Shown: positions 59,248 to 63,396 of the stretch, in pieces
How positions within the stretch are numbered: the stretch's first letter is position 1
Layout of the letters: the number at the start of each line of letters is the position of its first letter
Source: Ferruginibacter sp.
Lineage (GTDB): Bacteria; Bacteroidota; Bacteroidia; Chitinophagales; Chitinophagaceae
Assembly: GCA_043769035.1 (NCBI GenBank)
Contig: JAYVJU010000147.1
Location: forward strand, 1 to 63,396
Direction of reading: 5' to 3'
Length of the DNA stretch: 63,396 nucleotides
Notes under the pieces: generated by a model
What the model saw: the letters and a program-made list of their open reading frames with translations, nothing else
What the model was told of the DNA's origin: nothing
Databases searched by the model: none
Position numbers and translations under genes: made by a program

Positions 59248-61128
59248 ATGCTATTTATGAAAAAGCAAAACAACTTATTATTTATTGCGCTTATTTTTTG
59301 CGGCTCTGCTTTTGCACAAAGGCAAATGGAATATTTAAACCGTGGTGTGGTGGCTGTGCCCGATGGCGGTAACATTTTTGTAAGCTGGAGGTTGCTGGTA
59401 ACCGACGACGATAAAATAGCTTTTAATATTTATCGTGCTGTAGATAATAGCAAAGCTGTTAAGGTAAATAAAACACCTGTTGATGCTTTTACGCACTATG
59501 TTGATGCAAAAGCCGACAGTACAAAATCATACACCTATTATGTAACGCCTGTTGTTAAAGGCAAAGAATTAACAGCATCAGAAAAATTTACTTTACCGGC
59601 ATTTGCAAAAAATTATTTGTCTATTCCCCTGCGTACGCCGGAAGGTTATTCAGCTAACGATGCATCGGTAGGAGATTTAGATGGTGATGGGGAGTATGAA
59701 GTAATCATTCATTTAACAGGAAGAGCAAAAGATAATTCACAGGCAGGCATTACCGACCCACCAATTTTTCAGGCCTATAAAATGAACGGTACTTTTTTAT
59801 GGCAGATTAACCTGGGAAAAAATATAAGGGAAGGTGCACACTACACCCAGTTTATGGTATACGACCTTGATGGTGATGGCAAGGCAGAGATTGCTATGAA
59901 AACCGGTGACGGTTCAATCGACAGTAAAGGAAATGTAATTGGTGATTCAAGCAAAGACTGGCGTAATGAAAGAGGCTATATTTTATCAGGCCCTGAATAT
60001 TTAAGCGTATTCAATGGCTTAACCGGCGAAGTAATTAATACAACAGATTATATTTCTCCACGGCATGGAAAATTAAATCCAACAACAGATGAATTAAAAA
60101 CAATGTGGGGCGATGGATATGGCAACCGCATGGATCGTTTTTTAGCCTGTGTGGCTTACCTTGATGGTGTGCATCCCAGTTTGGTGATGTGCCGTGGTTA
60201 TTATACCAGGACAATTCTGGCAGCCTGGGATTTAAAGGGCGGCAAATTAGTAAAGCGCTGGGTGTTCGACAGTAACGATGAAGGCAATAAAAATTATGCA
60301 GGCCAGGGTAATCATAATTTAAGTGTTGCCGATGTGGATGGTGATGGTAAAGATGAAATTGTATATGGGCAGATGACGATTGATGATAATGGTAAAGGTT
60401 TGTACAGCACCGGTATTGGTCATGCCGATGCTTTGCATGTTTCTGATCTTGATCCTTCACGACCGGGGCTGGAAGTATTTGGCATACAGGAACGCTTTGG
60501 CGATGCAGGAGCAAATTTCAGAGATGCAAAAACGGGAGAAGTGATATGGAAAAAAGCTTCGGTAAAAGCTGGCGATGATGGCGAAGGGCCGGGCAGGGGT
60601 TTGGCATTGGATGTTGATCCTCGTTATCCCGGTTACGAATGTTGGGTGGCAGGTGCAGGCATTAGCGGCATGTTTGATAATAAGGGCAATAAAATTGCAG
60701 AAAAAACACCGGCATGTAATATGGGTATATTTTGGGATGGTGATGTGCTGAGCGAAATTTTAAATGGTGTCAACGTAAGCAAGTGGATGTATGACAGCAG
60801 TAAAACCCAAACCATTTTTGATGCCAGAAATTTTGATTGTGTAAGTAACAACGGCACCAAATCTAATCCCTGTTTATCTGCCGATTTATTTGGCGACTGG
60901 AGGGAAGAAATTATTGCCCGTACCAAAGACAGTAAAGAGCTACGCATTTTCACCACTGCCATACCAACAGACAAAAAATTTTATACCCTGATGCAGGATC
61001 CGCAATACCGGTTAAGTATTGTTTGGCAGAACGTGGCTTACAATCAGCCACCGCATACAAGTTTTTTTATGGGTATCGGAATGCCTCAACCACCCAAACC
61101 AAATATTGTGGTACTGAAGAAAAAATAA
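59248..61128 (+). CDS. PL11 rhamnogalacturonan lyase (YesW/YesX-like)
   Basis: MEYLNRGVVA, ANDASVGDLDGDG, NIREGAHY, RGYYTR, GQGNH, YNQPPH motifs. Confidence 0.95.
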   Translation: MLFMKKQNNLLFIALIFCGSAFAQRQMEYLNRGVVAVPDGGNIFVSWRLLVTDDDKIAFNIYRAVDNSKAVKVNKTPVDAFTHYVDAKADSTKSYTYYVTPVVKGKELTASEKFTLPAFAKNYLSIPLRTPEGYSANDASVGDLDGDGEYEVIIHLTGRAKDNSQAGITDPPIFQAYKMNGTFLWQINLGKNIREGAHYTQFMVYDLDGDGKAEIAMKTGDGSIDSKGNVIGDSSKDWRNERGYILSGPEYLSVFNGLTGEVINTTDYISPRHGKLNPTTDELKTMWGDGYGNRMDRFLACVAYLDGVHPSLVMCRGYYTRTILAAWDLKGGKLVKRWVFDSNDEGNKNYAGQGNHNLSVADVDGDGKDEIVYGQMTIDDNGKGLYSTGIGHADALHVSDLDPSRPGLEVFGIQERFGDAGANFRDAKTGEVIWKKASVKAGDDGEGPGRGLALDVDPRYPGYECWVAGAGISGMFDNKGNKIAEKTPACNMGIFWDGDVLSEILNGVNVSKWMYDSSKTQTIFDARNFDCVSNNGTKSNPCLSADLFGDWREEIIARTKDSKELRIFTTAIPTDKKFYTLMQDPQYRLSIVWQNVAYNQPPHTSFFMGIGMPQPPKPNIVVLKKK

Positions 61129-61185
61129 TGCCACTGAAACACAGAAGCACTGAAAAAAGTTAATTGGAAATAATAAATATAGAGC

Positions 61186-61230
61186 TGTCAGGCTGCCTGT
61201 CCCGATTCTTTCGGGGAGCTTGTCGAAGCC
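61186..61230. repeat. Nested REP-like elements
   Basis: TGTCAGGCTG..AGCTTGTCGAAGCC interrupted by CCTGTCCCGATTCTTTCGGG hairpin; similar TCCCGATTTTTCGGGA at 62917-62932. Confidence 0.45.
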
Positions 61231-61267
61231 GGGTTGATAAAAATAACAACAGTATAAAAAGTATAGA

Positions 61268-62053
61268 ATGAAATCAAATTTTAAAAAAAGAACAGCAGCA
61301 GTTTTAATTGCCTTTGTGGCATTAAGTTCTTTCCTGTTATTACAAAAAGAAAAACCAACATTATACATCATCGGCGATTCTACTGTACGTAACACCAACC
61401 GTCCGCAATGCGGCTGGGGCGAAAAGGCCGGGGACTTTTTCGATACCGCTCAACTTGCCATCAGTAACCAGGCAATGGCCGGCAGAAGTACCCGTACTTT
61501 CATCAAAGAAAAAAGATGGGAGAAAGTGATGAGTACAATCAAAAAAGGTGATTATCTTATTATGCAGTTTGGCCACAACGAAGGCAGTAAACCCGATACC
61601 AACAGGGCCGGTTACCGCGGCGTACTAAGAGGTATTGGCGAAGAAACTGTTGAGTTGACCTGGCCCGACAGTACCAAAGAAATTGTGCATACTTATGGCT
61701 GGTACCTCCGTAAATTTATTACCGATGCAAAGTCAAAAGGTGCTATTCCCATTGTGGCATCAATGATCCCACGCAACCAGTTTGTTGATGGCAAAGTAAA
61801 ACGTGCCGGTAACGATTATGGTAAATGGGCAAAAGAAATAGCAGAAAGTGAAGGCGTTGCATTTATAGATCTGAATAGTATTTCGGCAGATAAGTATGAT
61901 GTAATGGGACCGGATAAAGTAAAAGAATTTTTCCCCGGCGATCATACCCATACCAACGAAGCCGGTGCAACTGTAAATGCCGCATCAGTAGCCGAAGGCG
62001 TAAAACTATTAAAGGACCTGGGATTGAATAAATATTTATTGAATAAAAATTAA
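61268..62053 (+). CDS. Rhamnogalacturonan acetylesterase (CE12, SGNH)
   Basis: IGDSTV, AGRSTRTF, QFGHNE, DHTH motifs. Confidence 0.9.
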   Translation: MKSNFKKRTAAVLIAFVALSSFLLLQKEKPTLYIIGDSTVRNTNRPQCGWGEKAGDFFDTAQLAISNQAMAGRSTRTFIKEKRWEKVMSTIKKGDYLIMQFGHNEGSKPDTNRAGYRGVLRGIGEETVELTWPDSTKEIVHTYGWYLRKFITDAKSKGAIPIVASMIPRNQFVDGKVKRAGNDYGKWAKEIAESEGVAFIDLNSISADKYDVMGPDKVKEFFPGDHTHTNEAGATVNAASVAEGVKLLKDLGLNKYLLNKN

Positions 62054-62057
62054 ACTC

Positions 62058-62849
62058 ATGTTTGTAAATAAAAAAAGCAATATTGTTTTGTTGATAGCGG
62101 CAGTTTTATTTTCTTCTTTTATCATTTTGCAAAAAGAAAAAAAGCCAACACTGTTTTTTATTGGCGACAGTACCGTTAAAAACGGCCGTGGCGATGGCGG
62201 TGGTAATATGTGGGGCTGGGGCGATCTGATGAAACCGCTTTTCGACACTACAAAAATAAATATCGAGAACCATGCATTAGGTGGTACCAGCAGCCGTACT
62301 TTTTTAACCAGGGGTTTGTGGGATAAAGTATTGGCAAAAATTCAAAAAGGCGATTACCTTATTATGCAGTTTGGGCATAACGACAGCAGTCCACTGGACG
62401 ATACAGCAAGGGCAAGAGGTACCATCAAAGGTGTGGGAGATTCTGCAAAAGAAATTTACAATCCTATTTTAAAAATGCAGGAAGTGGTGCATACTTATGG
62501 TTGGTATTTATCTAAATTTGTGAACGATGCCAAAGCAAAAGGCGCTACGGTATTTATCTGTTCGCCCATTCCCCGTAACGATTGGAAGGATGGTAAACTG
62601 ATTCGCTATAATGGAAAAGGATATGGTTTGTGGGCACAACAAACTGCCGAAGCCACCGGCGCATTTTTTATCGACCTGAATACTTTAACTGCTGACGATT
62701 ACGATGCGATGGGACCGGAAAAAGTGAAACCATTTTTTCCGAATGAACATACGCATACATCAAAAGATGGTGCGGCATTAAATGCAGTTAATGTGGTAAA
62801 AGGAATTAAGCAAATTGAAAAATGTAAACTGAAAAAATATCTTAATTAA
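62058..62849 (+). CDS. Rhamnogalacturonan acetylesterase (CE12, SGNH), tandem paralogue
   Basis: IGDSTV, GGTSSRTF, QFGHND, EHTH motifs. Confidence 0.9.
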   Translation: MFVNKKSNIVLLIAAVLFSSFIILQKEKKPTLFFIGDSTVKNGRGDGGGNMWGWGDLMKPLFDTTKINIENHALGGTSSRTFLTRGLWDKVLAKIQKGDYLIMQFGHNDSSPLDDTARARGTIKGVGDSAKEIYNPILKMQEVVHTYGWYLSKFVNDAKAKGATVFICSPIPRNDWKDGKLIRYNGKGYGLWAQQTAEATGAFFIDLNTLTADDYDAMGPEKVKPFFPNEHTHTSKDGAALNAVNVVKGIKQIEKCKLKKYLN

Positions 62850-62908
62850 TAAATTGCTTTTTTTTGAACCAGACTTTAGTATTTCTATTTGGCTTCATTG
62901 GCGGTCGC

Positions 62909-63396
62909 ATGGCACATCCCGATTTTTCGGGACTCTTGTACAGAAAATCTATATTCAACTTTTATTATGTTTTGCACAAGTCTTCACAAAGGTCTTCGCT
63001 TACATCTTCTTCATTTCCCTTCCCACCGGGAAGGATAGGATGGGCTTTTTTTCTCTTATTTAGTTTACAATCTTCAGCCCAAACTTCCGCCAAACTTTGG
63101 CACAACAAAGAACGCACTATTCATTACCAGCCACAGGGCAACGATTTTATTTTATACAAAGGCATCCGTAAATTCAACCGTGCATTAAACGGCACTAATA
63201 CCGGCTTTAGAGTAGAGGCTGGTGATTTACCCGAATTTGCTTTATACAGTCCCGGCATGGGCGGCAATTGCAAGATTGGCATCAGCATAAATGGAAAAAG
63301 CAAATGGATTACAACGGCAGATCAAATTAAAACCATTTATCGTCCGGGTACAATGCTGTACCAGATAAAAGACAGCCTGCTTGGTAAAGGGCAGAT
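62909..63396 (+). CDS. DUF4450-like protein, runs off the window edge; start uncertain (ATG 62909 or TTG 62972)
   Basis: Hand translation ...LWHNKERTIHYQPQGNDF...FNRALNGTNTGFRVEAGDLPEFALYSPGMGGN... Confidence 0.75.
   Translation, partial: MAHPDFSGLLYRKSIFNFYYVLHKSSQRSSLTSSSFPFPPGRIGWAFFLLFSLQSSAQTSAKLWHNKERTIHYQPQGNDFILYKGIRKFNRALNGTNTGFRVEAGDLPEFALYSPGMGGNCKIGISINGKSKWITTADQIKTIYRPGTMLYQIKDSLLGKGQ

Noticed and set aside
1510-62248. Numerous 60-160 aa ORFs overlapping long genes
   Set aside because: Antisense or out-of-frame shadows of well-supported CDSs with no independent motifs.
62854-63063. Track ORF of 69 aa
   Set aside because: Overlaps the start of the DUF4450-like gene in another frame and has no motifs.

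Overview
AT-rich window from a Bacteroidota genome, most likely Chitinophagaceae-like (inferred from SusC/SusD pairs, TAnnTTTG promoters and gene content). Most of it is a pectin / rhamnogalacturonan-I utilisation region: uronate and KDG catabolism (kdgK, eda, exuT-like MFS), a FucR-like GntR regulator, L-rhamnose catabolism linked to LutABC lactate oxidation, three SusC/SusD pairs (two with three fasciclin-domain lipoproteins), and GH105, CE12 x3, GH39, PL22, GH27, GH43, GH51, PL11 and DUF4450 genes. The most unusual part is 52854-57126, an integrase-less, integron-like array. It has three copies of a 170-207 bp non-coding repeat, each with a Bacteroidota-type promoter motif and ending at a GTT/ATT core. 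A different cargo sits behind each copy: a hypothetical gene; a GNAT-like gene plus small partner; and a lipoprotein plus CoiA-like nuclease. Two cargos have their own inverted ends, as integron cassettes do, and the 3' end of the GH51 gene is duplicated with only synonymous changes. Also seen: a candidate CAGGAT-N4-CAGGAT operator in front of four operons, LacI-type operators, several REP/MITE-like palindrome families (one inside a reading frame), an IS3-like remnant and a solitary HEPN-motif gene. No rRNA, tRNA or CRISPR array was seen. All family calls come from reading motifs by eye; no database searches were run.
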